DNA of 43,082 nt, taken from assembly GCA_048938025.1 (NCBI GenBank), contig JBHLMP010000033.1, positions 1 to 43,082 on the forward strand. The letters are read 5' to 3'. Below the pieces are notes generated by a model, which was not told the origin of the DNA, ran no database searches, and saw only the letters and a program-made list of their open reading frames with translations. Positions 1-10,130 of the stretch are shown here, one piece after another. Position 1 is the stretch's first letter. Each line of letters starts with the position of its first letter. The position numbers were made by a program, and so were the translations under genes. This DNA comes from Promethearchaeota archaeon. Lineage in GTDB: Archaea; Asgardarchaeota; Lokiarchaeia; Sigyniarchaeales; SOKP01.

Positions 1-1329
1 TACGTCAATGGGCGATTCGCAAGTCCAGCAAGCGTTTTCAATCTCAACCACGGCTTTCGCACATCCTTTACAATAAATTGAATTGCATTGGGGACACACG
101 TAAATGTTGAACCCTCCCGCATTTCCCTTGCATACCAAGCACGTTTTTAAATCCTTGTACACGGTAACCTTCTTTTGTTCAACTTGTTCCAATTTCATGA
201 TTCTCTTTCTAAACTGACCATTTAGATGATCTTCTATTCCTGCTAATTCAATACGTTCGGAAAGAGGAGCATTGGTTTCTTCCAAGCGTTTCCATGTATC
301 TAATTTTCCCGTTAAGTCTTCGTGAAGGCGTGCAACTTCGCCAGCAACGCCCTTAAATCCTTGGTTTTCGGCAATGCGCTGGGCTTGAATCAGGAAACGT
401 CGTGCAGTTTTTATATCAAATGTGAGTAATGCCAATTTACCCTGTAAAATGTAAGCTTCTGTTAAATAGCGATCCGATTTCAATTCTTGTGCGAAAACGG
501 TGAGTTTCTCAAGTTGAGGTTTAAGCTCATTTACTACATTCATTTCACCTGTTATTTTCAGCTCAACGAGCAATAATTCGCACAGTCCTATAAAAGCTTC
601 AATTTTATGAAATGAATCACTTGTACTTTCAATTACTTCTTTAAATAATTCTTCTGCCATGACCCTGTCTCGAGCTCGCATGCTTAATTGTAAGATACGC
701 CCCTTATTGTATTTATATTGATAATTTATTATAGAGATAAAGGGATCGGCTCTGTTTTTAAAAGGGATCGGCTCTGTGCTTGACTCATAAATTTTTTCTA
801 AACGCTCAAAATAATTTCTTGCGAGCTCTAAAATACCCTTATCAATAGCAACCCTCATGGCAACCGAATATGCGTTTATTCGAGAATATAGTGAATATAA
901 GTCCTTCTTATTGTAATCAGTTTCTTCAATTAAGATAATACTACGATTGCAATACTCAAGAGCTCTATCCAAATCACCAGACCTCCAATAATAAATTGCA
1001 AATAACTTAAAAGCATTTGCAACATACTTCTTAACACCGCAATTTTCAGCAACAGTAAGAAGCTCATTAACAGTATCAAAACAAAGTATTAAATTGCCCC
1101 TGATAATAGCAAGATCCGCTTTAATGTCTAACAGTTGACAATGGGGTTCTTCTAGTTCTCTTGGTAAATTTCCTGGAAAATTTCTAATTGATTCTTCTCC
1201 TTGTTCAATTATTTCCCACAGTTTATCCCATTCTCCTGCAGATAACAATCCAAGAGCGATTCCTGATATTCGCTTGATTTTTTTAATTAACTTGTCTGTT
1301 TCGATTTTTTTTTCTCCGTCATTTCTCAT
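1..1329 (-). CDS. TPR-like helical repeat protein with C-terminal C4C4 RING-like zinc finger (runs off left edge)
   Basis: Not in ORF track. Read manually: open frame from ATG 1329 (alternative ATG 1374) to position 1, MRNDGEKKIETDKL...YYWRSGDLDRALEYCNRSI...CLVCKGNAGGFNIYVCPQCNSIYCKGCAKAVVEIENACWTCESPIDV. Confidence 0.85.
   Translation of the reverse strand, partial: MRNDGEKKIETDKLIKKIKRISGIALGLLSAGEWDKLWEIIEQGEESIRNFPGNLPRELEEPHCQLLDIKADLAIIRGNLILCFDTVNELLTVAENCGVKKYVANAFKLFAIYYWRSGDLDRALEYCNRSIILIEETDYNKKDLYSLYSRINAYSVAMRVAIDKGILELARNYFERLEKIYESSTEPIPFKNRADPFISIINYQYKYNKGRILQLSMRARDRVMAEELFKEVIESTSDSFHKIEAFIGLCELLLVELKITGEMNVVNELKPQLEKLTVFAQELKSDRYLTEAYILQGKLALLTFDIKTARRFLIQAQRIAENQGFKGVAGEVARLHEDLTGKLDTWKRLEETNAPLSERIELAGIEDHLNGQFRKRIMKLEQVEQKKVTVYKDLKTCLVCKGNAGGFNIYVCPQCNSIYCKGCAKAVVEIENACWTCESPIDV
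739..777. repeat. 17-bp direct repeat AAAGGGATCGGCTCTGT x2, 22-nt offset
   Basis: Exact copies at 739-755 and 761-777. Confidence 0.9.
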
Positions 1330-1550
1330 GGCCTGCGACCTTTTTTTACGATTACAAAATTTGGATCTCATCATACTTTTTTATATGATAGTAATTTATC
1401 GTTTTCGTTTAAAAATCTTCACTGTCTAATTCGCTCAATTCTCCTGATGTTACAAAACCAGATAACTAAATGGAATTAATTTCCTTTTTATTATTTCAAA
1501 TGAATTTTCATTGAAATCAGACTCTAAATTTACCTTTCTGGAAAATATAT

Positions 1551-1958
1551 CTAATTCTTTGTATTTTTGAAAGGATCTTTAAATGGCATTTCATAAAGAT
1601 ATTTGTAAAGCTCTTCCTTTTTTATTAATTCTTGATGAGATCCTTGTTCTATTATTTGTCCTTTATCTAACACCACAATTCGATCAGAATTTATAATTGT
1701 TGACAATCTGTGTGCAATGGAAATACTAGTTCGCCCTTTTAACAAGGTTTCTAACGCTTGCTGTATTAGTAGCTCGCTATATGGATCTATTGAACTAGTT
1801 GCTTCATCTAAAATTAAAATGGGGGGATCAGCTGTTAATGCTCTAGCAAAAGCGATTAATTGACGCTGTCCTTCGGAAAGATTACTTCCTCTTTCCTCAA
1901 CAATTGTCTCATAGCCGTTTTCTAGCTCAATTACCATATCATGCGCTCTTTTCCTCAA
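1551..1958 (-). pseudogene. Truncated ABC exporter ATPase (C-terminal half of NBD only)
   Basis: Signature LSEGQRQ, Walker B ILILDEATSSID, H-loop IAHRL present; no Walker A or TMD, and only ~150 bp upstream before the divergent gene. Confidence 0.75.
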
Positions 1959-2109
1959 GCCTGCTTATTTTAAAAATGGTTTATAAAAAAATAGTTTTAT
2001 AAAACATCTTATTATATAACCACTTGGTTATATTTTTAATTACTTTAAAATTTTAAATCTTGATCTAAGATTTTAATGACATATAATGGTGCTAAGTTAA
2101 ATTCCTCGA

Positions 2110-3186
2110 ATGAGAATAAAGAAATGGATTCAATATATTAGAAATTTTCTTTTAAATAATTTTACAAACCATAAGGTTCCTTATTCTGCTCAGATCGAGT
2201 TAACATTAAGATGTAATGCAAAATGTCCCTTTTGCTCTATTCATACCATCCCAGAATCTTATGTAAACAATGATATGAGTACTGAACAAGTTAAGAATTT
2301 AATCGATCAAATTGCAGATTTAAATGTACCGGCATTATCATTTACTGGTGGTGAACCTACATTAAGAAAAGATTTACCCGAAATCATTTACCATACAGGA
2401 ATAATTAATGATTTTATGAATGGTATCGCTACAAATGGATATCTATTACCCAAATTATTTAAGGAATATGGATTAGAAGGGTTGGACTATGTCCTTCTCT
2501 CACTTGATTACCCAAAAGCGGAATTACATGATAGAAAACGAGGGATTAAAGTATTTGATAAAGTTATTGAATCTATTGATCTAGCCAATAAAAGAGATAT
2601 AAACGTTATCATTAATACAGTAGTTATGAAAGATAACTTGCAATACTTACGAAATATGTGTGAATTAGCAGAAAAATTGAATTGTTCGATTGAATTATAT
2701 CCATGTGAAGATATTATAAGAGACTTTCCTAATGAGAGCTTAAAAATTGACGGTATTTATGATTTAATTCCAAATGTATCTGTTTGGGCAAATTTAATCA
2801 GATCTTTGAGAACAAAATTCAAAAATCTATTAACTGATCCCATAAGTGTTGAAATTATCGAAAAAGGAGGGTTTGGAGGTTTACCAGACTATTATCAAAA
2901 ACTTCTTCGCTGTCACGTAGCGGAAGCTTATTTATTTGTTAGTCATGATGGATATATTAACTATCCATGCAAAATACATCCAATAAGAAGCTTTAATGCT
3001 TTAAACCATCCAATTAAATCAATTTATAATTCAACTGAAGTAAGAGAAATAATGAAAAACCATGATAACTATAATTTTTGCCAAAAATGTCGTTTAGGAT
3101 GTGCCATTGTATCGAGTTTACCAGCTCGCTGGAAAACTGTATATGCAAAATATATCAAAGGATTTTTAGATGGAAACTTGAGATAA
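2110..3186 (+). CDS. Radical SAM enzyme with SPASM/twitch-type C-terminal Fe-S domain
   Basis: CNAKCPFC motif, FTGGEP, ATNG, C-terminal C..G.I.YPC and CQKCRLGC. Confidence 0.9.
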   Translation: MRIKKWIQYIRNFLLNNFTNHKVPYSAQIELTLRCNAKCPFCSIHTIPESYVNNDMSTEQVKNLIDQIADLNVPALSFTGGEPTLRKDLPEIIYHTGIINDFMNGIATNGYLLPKLFKEYGLEGLDYVLLSLDYPKAELHDRKRGIKVFDKVIESIDLANKRDINVIINTVVMKDNLQYLRNMCELAEKLNCSIELYPCEDIIRDFPNESLKIDGIYDLIPNVSVWANLIRSLRTKFKNLLTDPISVEIIEKGGFGGLPDYYQKLLRCHVAEAYLFVSHDGYINYPCKIHPIRSFNALNHPIKSIYNSTEVREIMKNHDNYNFCQKCRLGCAIVSSLPARWKTVYAKYIKGFLDGNLR

Positions 3187-3314
3187 TAGACAAATTTTAT
3201 ATTTTATACTCAAATAAAGAACATCTTTAGTTTAAATTAAAACTCTAACCTAAGGAAATCAGTAATCAAAAAATTTAATTGAAATTATATTTTTCTTAAT
3301 ATAGTGATAAAATC

Positions 3315-3920
3315 ATGTCAAATATCGCAATAATACTCATTATTTTGTTTATAACCATTGTTATGATTATTTTCAGTATGCTTCTTAATAAAATTTTAGG
3401 TTTAAAAAAAGAAGAAATAAAAAAAATCAGAGAACATGCAATAAATCTTCGAGAACGTATGAGAAATGCTCAAGCTTTAGGAGATGCTCAATTATTGATA
3501 CAGATACAAAGAGAAACTATGCAAATAACTAGTCAAATGATGAAAAAACAGTTAATACCAATGTGTTTAAGATGTTTTATTTTTATTGGAATTTTTGCAA
3601 CTCTCAGTTTTATACTCGCTGATTATGATAGCGGTTTATTACCATTTCCTCTTTGGATTTTTGGTAGTGGTTGGTTTGCTATATATTTCCTCTTTTCTAT
3701 CAGCTTTTCATTAATAATTATTGGTATAAAAATACTGTACAAAAGAGTTATTAAAAAAGAGACTAAATCCCAGAGTTATTTAAGAGAAATTATGGGGATT
3801 TTATCTCCTACCTCTAGATTCTCACTAGGAATTTCAGATTCTGCACAATCTCAAAGAACCAACCAGACATCATCTGAAGTAGAGGATTCTTGGAAAGATC
3901 GCATTAAAAATTCAAACTAA
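3315..3920 (+). CDS. DUF106 / EMC3-TMCO1 (Oxa1 superfamily) membrane insertase-like protein
   Basis: TM1, cytosolic coiled coil, MMKKQLIPM, TM2, LPF, GWFAIYFLFS pattern. Confidence 0.75.
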   Translation: MSNIAIILIILFITIVMIIFSMLLNKILGLKKEEIKKIREHAINLRERMRNAQALGDAQLLIQIQRETMQITSQMMKKQLIPMCLRCFIFIGIFATLSFILADYDSGLLPFPLWIFGSGWFAIYFLFSISFSLIIIGIKILYKRVIKKETKSQSYLREIMGILSPTSRFSLGISDSAQSQRTNQTSSEVEDSWKDRIKNSN

Positions 3921-3976
3921 TAAAATTTAAAAATAACCTAATTACAAATATAAAAATTTGATCTAAGAACATAATC

Positions 3977-4273
3977 ATGGTTATTAATCGCAGTATTACC
4001 TTTAACTTATTTTTTATTGCACTATTTGTGGTTTTCTTAATCTTATCTTTTACAATAGATTTCTTTTTTTTTATACCATTAATATGTATACTTCCATTTT
4101 CTTTTAAGCAAAATAAAGGAAAAATTTATCCCATTCAAATAGAAAATAATTTAATTAAGAAAAAGGAAAATTACCTAATAGAAATAAAACTCTGTTCAAA
4201 TTGTAAATCAAAGATATTGGATCCTAATGCAAAATTTTGTGCTCAATGTGGAATAGAATTAAAATATAGTTAA
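3977..4273 (+). CDS. Small membrane protein with C-terminal zinc ribbon
   Basis: Hydrophobic N-terminus; CSNC...AKFCAQCG. Confidence 0.75.
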   Translation: MVINRSITFNLFFIALFVVFLILSFTIDFFFFIPLICILPFSFKQNKGKIYPIQIENNLIKKKENYLIEIKLCSNCKSKILDPNAKFCAQCGIELKYS

Positions 4274-4288
4274 ATAGGTAGGAATATA

Positions 4289-4774
4289 ATGGATGATAAT
4301 AACACTATTAAAAGGCAAATGCTCCTCTACTTTACTTTTGCACTATTAATGATTATATTAAATTATGCAATTCAAAAAGGCAATCAATTAGTAATTGAAC
4401 CATTTGTTTGTCAAAATTTTGAAGGTAATGATTTCATTGAGACCTTTTATTGTTCAACCAATCCATATAATATGCCAGAATTAATTGGAAGTATTGTAGC
4501 AGTAGGTATTACCTACATTATAAAATTTTTTCTAGATAAATTTATAGTTTTTAAAAAAACTGAAAAAGAAATAAAGGAGACTTCAATAGAATTCCTCAAA
4601 TATTTCGGATTCGCGATACTTACTACGATTGAAAATATTGGAATTCAGTTTTTATTAACAAATTTTGTGAATACTCCATTAGAAATAAGTTTTATAATCG
4701 CGTTATCTATTGGATATTTAACTAAATTCTTTTTGGATCGCAAATATGTTTTTATAAACAAAAATATAAAATAA
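4289..4774 (+). CDS. GtrA-family membrane protein
   Basis: Four TM segments with repeated KFFLDK/RxxVF motif and FLKY. Confidence 0.75.
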   Translation: MDDNNTIKRQMLLYFTFALLMIILNYAIQKGNQLVIEPFVCQNFEGNDFIETFYCSTNPYNMPELIGSIVAVGITYIIKFFLDKFIVFKKTEKEIKETSIEFLKYFGFAILTTIENIGIQFLLTNFVNTPLEISFIIALSIGYLTKFFLDRKYVFINKNIK

Positions 4775-4814
4775 AATAAAAAAATTTAATAGATCGGAAG
4801 GTGATTTTAATCAT

Positions 4815-5879
4815 ATGTCAGATGATCATGATGAGGAAGAAGAAGATAAATCTATAGTTGATGCATTATCTACCTTAGGCTGGGTGGAAGAAAAAGAAGA
4901 AAAGGAGGGACCACCTCTGAAAACAGAAGACAATCTCATGGAACAACTTAATTTCTTCATGAATGAAAATAAGAAATTAACTGAAGATTTAAATGAAAAA
5001 AATAAAACTATAAAAGATTTGGAGATAAATATCCAGGAACTCTCCCAAAAAGTTGAAGAAAAAGCAGTTCAAGGTCAAGCAATTCAAAAGCTTTATGAAA
5101 CAATTGAAGATAAAAATGATGAGATTGAAAAAATAAATAAGATTAATAATGATCAAATAGAAAAAATAAAAGAATTGACTTCTCAAATTGAAATATTTAA
5201 TTCTGAACAATCTCAAAATCAGGATTTATTAGAAGAACTACAGGAAAAGGAGAATAAAATTAAAGACTTAAAAGAACAACTTCACTATCTTGAAACTGAT
5301 ACCATACAAAAGTCTAAGTTTGAAAAAACTGAAATTCTTTTGGAAAAAAAAGATGAAATAATAACTGAAAAAGAAAAAGCGATTTTTGACATTGAAAATT
5401 CGTTAAAATCAGCTAATCAAAAAATTCATGATCTACAACAACAACTTGAAACTTTTTCTTTATTGAAGAAAGATTTAGAGAAAAAGGATGAACGAGTTAA
5501 ACAATTAGTAGTAGAAATTGAAGAATTGAAACAAAAAAATATAACTAATTCAGAACTTATAAGGCATCTTGAAGAACGGTTAGAAGAAGCTCAAGAAAAA
5601 TCGGGTCATATAACTGGTAAGTTTGAAGTAGAATTAGCTCATATGAGGAATATAATTGATGGAAAAGACTCTGAAATTAAAGAATTAAAAGAAAAAGCAT
5701 CTGGGATAGAAAATAAATTAAATGAAACAGAAAAAATAGATGACAAATTATTATCTGACATCCAGGAAATTAAAGATGACAAATTAAAATTAGAGTCTGA
5801 ATTAGAAAAAAAAAATCAAGAATTAGTAGAATTAAAGAAAAAAATTAAACTAATGCGAAGAGATTTAGCAAAATCTTAA
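4815..5879 (+). CDS. Long coiled-coil protein
   Basis: E/K/L heptad pattern over ~310 aa; AGGTGA RBS upstream. Confidence 0.8.
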   Translation: MSDDHDEEEEDKSIVDALSTLGWVEEKEEKEGPPLKTEDNLMEQLNFFMNENKKLTEDLNEKNKTIKDLEINIQELSQKVEEKAVQGQAIQKLYETIEDKNDEIEKINKINNDQIEKIKELTSQIEIFNSEQSQNQDLLEELQEKENKIKDLKEQLHYLETDTIQKSKFEKTEILLEKKDEIITEKEKAIFDIENSLKSANQKIHDLQQQLETFSLLKKDLEKKDERVKQLVVEIEELKQKNITNSELIRHLEERLEEAQEKSGHITGKFEVELAHMRNIIDGKDSEIKELKEKASGIENKLNETEKIDDKLLSDIQEIKDDKLKLESELEKKNQELVELKKKIKLMRRDLAKS

Positions 5880-5955
5880 TCATTTCTAACTTTATTCATT
5901 CTTTTTCAAAAAGTAAAAAGGAAAAAGTAAAAATAACCTAATTAACTATAACTTT

Positions 5956-6972
5956 TTATTTTTCACGCCACTGGAAACCACACTGACCACAGAGGTATTT
6001 TTTACCATACATTCTCGGATAGTCTAGAATTATATTAGATTTATCGATACTCTCGTGGATCATATGAGGGTCTTCGCAACCACACTCTGGACATTTTCTT
6101 CTTATTCCTTCCATCTTTTCAACAGTTATAATTGACTCATCAACTTTTCCTGGTATTCCCGGCGCAGCACTAGAGGCACTTGGTGGTTTAGGTGCAGAAG
6201 CAGCAGCTATATCTGCTTTTAATTCTTCTGGAGTGACATCTCTTATTTCTGCTTTACGTTCTGGTTTGATTTCAGCTACAGCTTTATCAGCTGCAGACTC
6301 AGGCTCTAGTACAGATTCAGCTCGTAATTGTACTGCATCAGATTCTTTGTAATCTATACCTCTTTCTAGAGCTGCCAAGAATTCAGCATCATCCCCTTCT
6401 TCATAAATAGTTTCATTTTGCAACCCAGCTCTATCTGCATCGATTTGTCTGGCCCATTGACCTGCTTTTACCCGTTCTTTCACATTGGAATCCCCTCCAT
6501 GCCAAATATATACTTTATTACCTAAATCAGCTAAAAAACAATCCTCTGATTCTAAAGAATCTTTAGAAAATGGAACTTGTATCATTTTCATGGTATTAAT
6601 ACCTTCAAATTCTTCAGCTGAGACGCGATATAAAACATTTTTCCATTCTGAAAAACCTGCCCAATCACCGGTGCTTACATCTTTTAATAAGGTTTTTGCT
6701 AGATTTTTTTCTACAATTTTCATTGCCCCCATCTGATTTACTATTTTCATAAATTCTGGGGTCTCTTGATTTTGATCTACCGTAATAATTTTAGCTGCTC
6801 CACCTCTTTCTTGATCTAATCTACGAGCTTGAGCTGCTCCCGCGGTTTTTTCGTCTACAGAACACTTGCCCCCGATCCAAACATAAATTGTACGTTCATC
6901 ATCTAAAAGGTATGTATCTCCCGTGGAAAACACTGGTTTTTTTACTTCTTTTAGTTCCCCTTTATCAATCAT
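5956..6972 (-). CDS. Two-domain gelsolin-like actin regulator with C-terminal zinc ribbon
   Basis: Gelsolin repeats FSTGDTYLLD...IYVWIGGKCS and LESEDCFLADLGNKVYIWHG; A/P-rich linker; CPECG...CGQCG. Confidence 0.88.
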   Translation of the reverse strand: MIDKGELKEVKKPVFSTGDTYLLDDERTIYVWIGGKCSVDEKTAGAAQARRLDQERGGAAKIITVDQNQETPEFMKIVNQMGAMKIVEKNLAKTLLKDVSTGDWAGFSEWKNVLYRVSAEEFEGINTMKMIQVPFSKDSLESEDCFLADLGNKVYIWHGGDSNVKERVKAGQWARQIDADRAGLQNETIYEEGDDAEFLAALERGIDYKESDAVQLRAESVLEPESAADKAVAEIKPERKAEIRDVTPEELKADIAAASAPKPPSASSAAPGIPGKVDESIITVEKMEGIRRKCPECGCEDPHMIHESIDKSNIILDYPRMYGKKYLCGQCGFQWREK

Positions 6973-7099
6973 ATAAAGTTTTATAATAAATTCACCTTTT
7001 AGTTTTTTTTAAAATTTATATACATTATAAAAGAATCCTTATAAAAAGTTTGATAATATTAATAAAAATTTAAATATATAAATTCGAGAAAAAAATAGA

Positions 7100-8479
7100 C
7101 TAAAAATCATTTAGAGCTAAATCAATCCTTTTAATTAGTTTTGGGATTTCATTAATATCAACAGAACAATAAGCAATTCGGATTCCATTTACATTTTCAT
7201 CTAATTTTTCTATTGGTATAATTCCAACCTTATATTTTTTTAATAAGTGAACAGCAAAATCAGTAGCTTTAATCTTATTTGGATCTAAATTTACAAATAG
7301 AAAGAAACCTCCTGAATTGGGGTCAATTGAAATTTTTGGATTATTTATTCTAGCTAACTCAGAATTTATTTTTTTATATCTGTCATGCAAGATATTTTTA
7401 ACTTTCTCTCTTGATTTGATGATTTGATGGATACCCTTTTCATTAAATAATTTTTTAGTTATTACTTGATAAAAATGATTACAATTCGAGATTGTAGCCC
7501 TAATGAAACCCTCTAATTTATTATCGATCTCTTTTTTTAGAGTTTCTAAATCTTCATCAGTCTTAAACCAATTTTCTTTTAATCCAAGAGTGATAAATCC
7601 AACTCTGCCACCATATATTAAGAGCTCTTTAGTTATTCCATCCAATTTAATTGGAATTACATCTTCCTCTAATTGATGGAGATCATAAAAAATAGATCTA
7701 TCTAAAACATTATCAGTATATACATATGGTTCATATGCATCATCAATAAGTATGATTATAGGTTTTTTAAGAGATTCTTGACTATCTTTTAATAATTTAA
7801 CAATGCGCTTACTTTCATCTTTTGTAGGAACGTAGCCGGTAGGATTATTTGGAAAATTTAATAGAATTAAAATTTTATCTTGAGTAGTTCCTACATTATG
7901 GATTGCATCGTTCAATCCATCAAGATTTAGATTTTGGTCTTCAAAAAATTCAAAAAATTCAATACTAGCACCAATAAATTTACAAATTATATTGTCATAA
8001 TTACCCCATCTCTTATTTGGCATGATTATTTTTTCGCCAGGATTTAAAAATAAATTGCAACTTAGAAATATGCCATTAGTTACACCGGTTGTAATTATTG
8101 GAGTTGTAATATACTTATTTAAATTTTTAATCTTTGTATCCTCTTTTTCCTCATCATAAAATGATTTTTTGAGTATCCATTTCTTCCAAATTTCTCTTGT
8201 TTCAAGTAATCCGCCGATAGAAGGATATGTTACAATTTCGTCTATCATTAAATTCGAATATTCAGATATTTCTTTAAGATAACATGGCATCCAATTCGAA
8301 CTACCTCCGTCAATGAAATCTTTTTCGAATCCATAAGCAGAACCTATTGTACCAATTAATTCTGCTTCATTTTTTGCCCTTCTTGCCCAATAAAAAATCC
8401 CCTCTGGCAAAAAAATCCTTTTTCCAATATCAGAAAACGTTTTATATAAAGGAGTTTTTTGAATATATTTAAAGTTCAT
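7100..8479 (-). CDS. PLP-dependent aminotransferase class I/II
   Basis: NFPNNPTGY, DDAY, DGITKE...GGRVGF, GIRIAY. Confidence 0.88.
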   Translation of the reverse strand: MNFKYIQKTPLYKTFSDIGKRIFLPEGIFYWARRAKNEAELIGTIGSAYGFEKDFIDGGSSNWMPCYLKEISEYSNLMIDEIVTYPSIGGLLETREIWKKWILKKSFYDEEKEDTKIKNLNKYITTPIITTGVTNGIFLSCNLFLNPGEKIIMPNKRWGNYDNIICKFIGASIEFFEFFEDQNLNLDGLNDAIHNVGTTQDKILILLNFPNNPTGYVPTKDESKRIVKLLKDSQESLKKPIIILIDDAYEPYVYTDNVLDRSIFYDLHQLEEDVIPIKLDGITKELLIYGGRVGFITLGLKENWFKTDEDLETLKKEIDNKLEGFIRATISNCNHFYQVITKKLFNEKGIHQIIKSREKVKNILHDRYKKINSELARINNPKISIDPNSGGFFLFVNLDPNKIKATDFAVHLLKKYKVGIIPIEKLDENVNGIRIAYCSVDINEIPKLIKRIDLALNDF

Positions 8480-8565
8480 ACTTTTTTAAAAGCTTTATAA
8501 ATTTTTTACTAAAAATTGTCCATAAAATAAATATTTAAGTATGTAGAAACACTATATAAAAAATT

Positions 8566-9039
8566 ATGAGTAAACAAAATATTTCAGATGATTCTGAACA
8601 GGAAAAACGTAAAGATAGTGCTTTAACAAGAGGATGGAATGACTTTATAAATGGAATTAAGAATAACTTTAACGACTTTCAAAAATCACTCGAAAGTCAA
8701 TCACAGAAAAATAAAGAATTATGGGAAAAAAATAAAGATAAAATCAATACCTTTTTAACAAATATGAAACAAAAATGGGATACAAAAATTCAAAAACTGA
8801 ATTCTGATATTGAGAAAAGAAAGTTAGAAACTAAAGAAGAATGGAATACTTACAAAGAAAAAATTAAGCAAGATTTCAAAAAATGGGAAGAAAAAACACG
8901 TGAAGACTGGCAAGAAGGCATCAAATCATTCAGAAAAGGATTTTTCAAAGCTTATTTTTGGGCTCTATTTTTAATACTCCCTGTTCTCATAATAATTATT
9001 GTAGTATTAGTTATAGTAAATAGATATTTAGGAGGATAA
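8566..9039 (+). CDS. Amphipathic helical protein with single C-terminal TM anchor
   Basis: K/E/W-rich helix followed by YFWALFLILPVLIIIIVVLVIV near the C-terminus. Confidence 0.75.
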   Translation: MSKQNISDDSEQEKRKDSALTRGWNDFINGIKNNFNDFQKSLESQSQKNKELWEKNKDKINTFLTNMKQKWDTKIQKLNSDIEKRKLETKEEWNTYKEKIKQDFKKWEEKTREDWQEGIKSFRKGFFKAYFWALFLILPVLIIIIVVLVIVNRYLGG

Positions 9040-9106
9040 ATCTATTTATTAATCCAAACACCTGTAGGAATCGAGACTACATCAATGTATCTTATCTTGA
9101 AAAATA

Positions 9107-9766
9107 ATGATTGAAATTCTTATAATTTCTTTTATAGTCGCTTTAACAGGGGCTTTATCTCCTGGGCCTTTATTAACTTTTACAATTTATAAATCTCTAA
9201 ATAGTGAAAAGGGTTATTTAGCGGGATTTTTTATAGTTTTAGGTCATGCTTCCTTAGAATTTTCTTTGATCCTTTTATTATTATTGGGTGCTTCTCTCCT
9301 TTTCCAAAATTTAGTATTTCTAATAATATTAGGCATCGTAGGAGGAATTTGTTTAGTATTATTTGGAATTCTGTCCATACGAGATGTCTATAAAAAACAA
9401 TATGAGTTAGATTTTAAAATTTCTAATGAAAATTTAAAAGCTTTTAAAGGCAATAGTTTTATTGGAGGTATATTTTATTCAATAACTAATCCTTATTGGG
9501 AGTTTTGGTGGGCAGTGGCTGGTTTAACAATAATGATTGATTTAAATGTGTCTTTTGAAAACCCGATGGGGCTTTTATTATTTTTTATGGGACATGAATT
9601 AGGAGATTTCGTATGGTACATCCCAATTTCTATGTTCGTATATTTTGGGGGTAAATCTTTAAATCACAAGATTTACAAATATGTTTTGATAGCATGCGGT
9701 GTATTCATGATAATTTTTGGAATCTACCTACCTATTAATATTATCATTTTTCCTCCTAAAGTATGA
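9107..9766 (+). CDS. LysE-family translocator
   Basis: GALSPGPLL, GHA.LE, TNPYW..WW, multiple TMs. Confidence 0.88.
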   Translation: MIEILIISFIVALTGALSPGPLLTFTIYKSLNSEKGYLAGFFIVLGHASLEFSLILLLLLGASLLFQNLVFLIILGIVGGICLVLFGILSIRDVYKKQYELDFKISNENLKAFKGNSFIGGIFYSITNPYWEFWWAVAGLTIMIDLNVSFENPMGLLLFFMGHELGDFVWYIPISMFVYFGGKSLNHKIYKYVLIACGVFMIIFGIYLPINIIIFPPKV

Positions 9767-9844
9767 TCGAAGTAATATTCTAATTTTTTAGCCCTAATCA
9801 GTATTTAGCTTTTAAATCGTTATTTATATATATCTTGGATTAAT

Positions 9845-10114
9845 ATGAAAAACTGTATTAGCAAATCTGAAACCCGCACTATTTTAATGCGAAAACTTCT
9901 TACAATTTGTCCAATTTGTAAAAGACCAGTTTATGGAAAAGATATCGACATCTTGAAACTTGATAAATTATGCATTAAACATTGGCCATTAAGGTATACT
10001 TTTTGTCATAGACATAAAAATGGTTCTTTACATGCAATTACAATATACTTAGATGCTAATTTTATTGTAAGAGGAAATGAAGTTTCAGATTTTATAAAAA
10101 TAGAAAAAAAGTAA
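9845..10114 (+). CDS. Small putative Zn-binding protein
   Basis: CPIC, WP, CHRH...HAITIYLDANF.VRG.E; true start may be internal ATG at 9887. Confidence 0.65.
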   Translation: MKNCISKSETRTILMRKLLTICPICKRPVYGKDIDILKLDKLCIKHWPLRYTFCHRHKNGSLHAITIYLDANFIVRGNEVSDFIKIEKK

Positions 10115-10130
10115 GTACTTACCTAAATTC

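Noticed and set aside
1470-2005. Short AT-rich palindromes near 1472, 1494 and 1980
   Set aside because: Expected by chance at this AT content.
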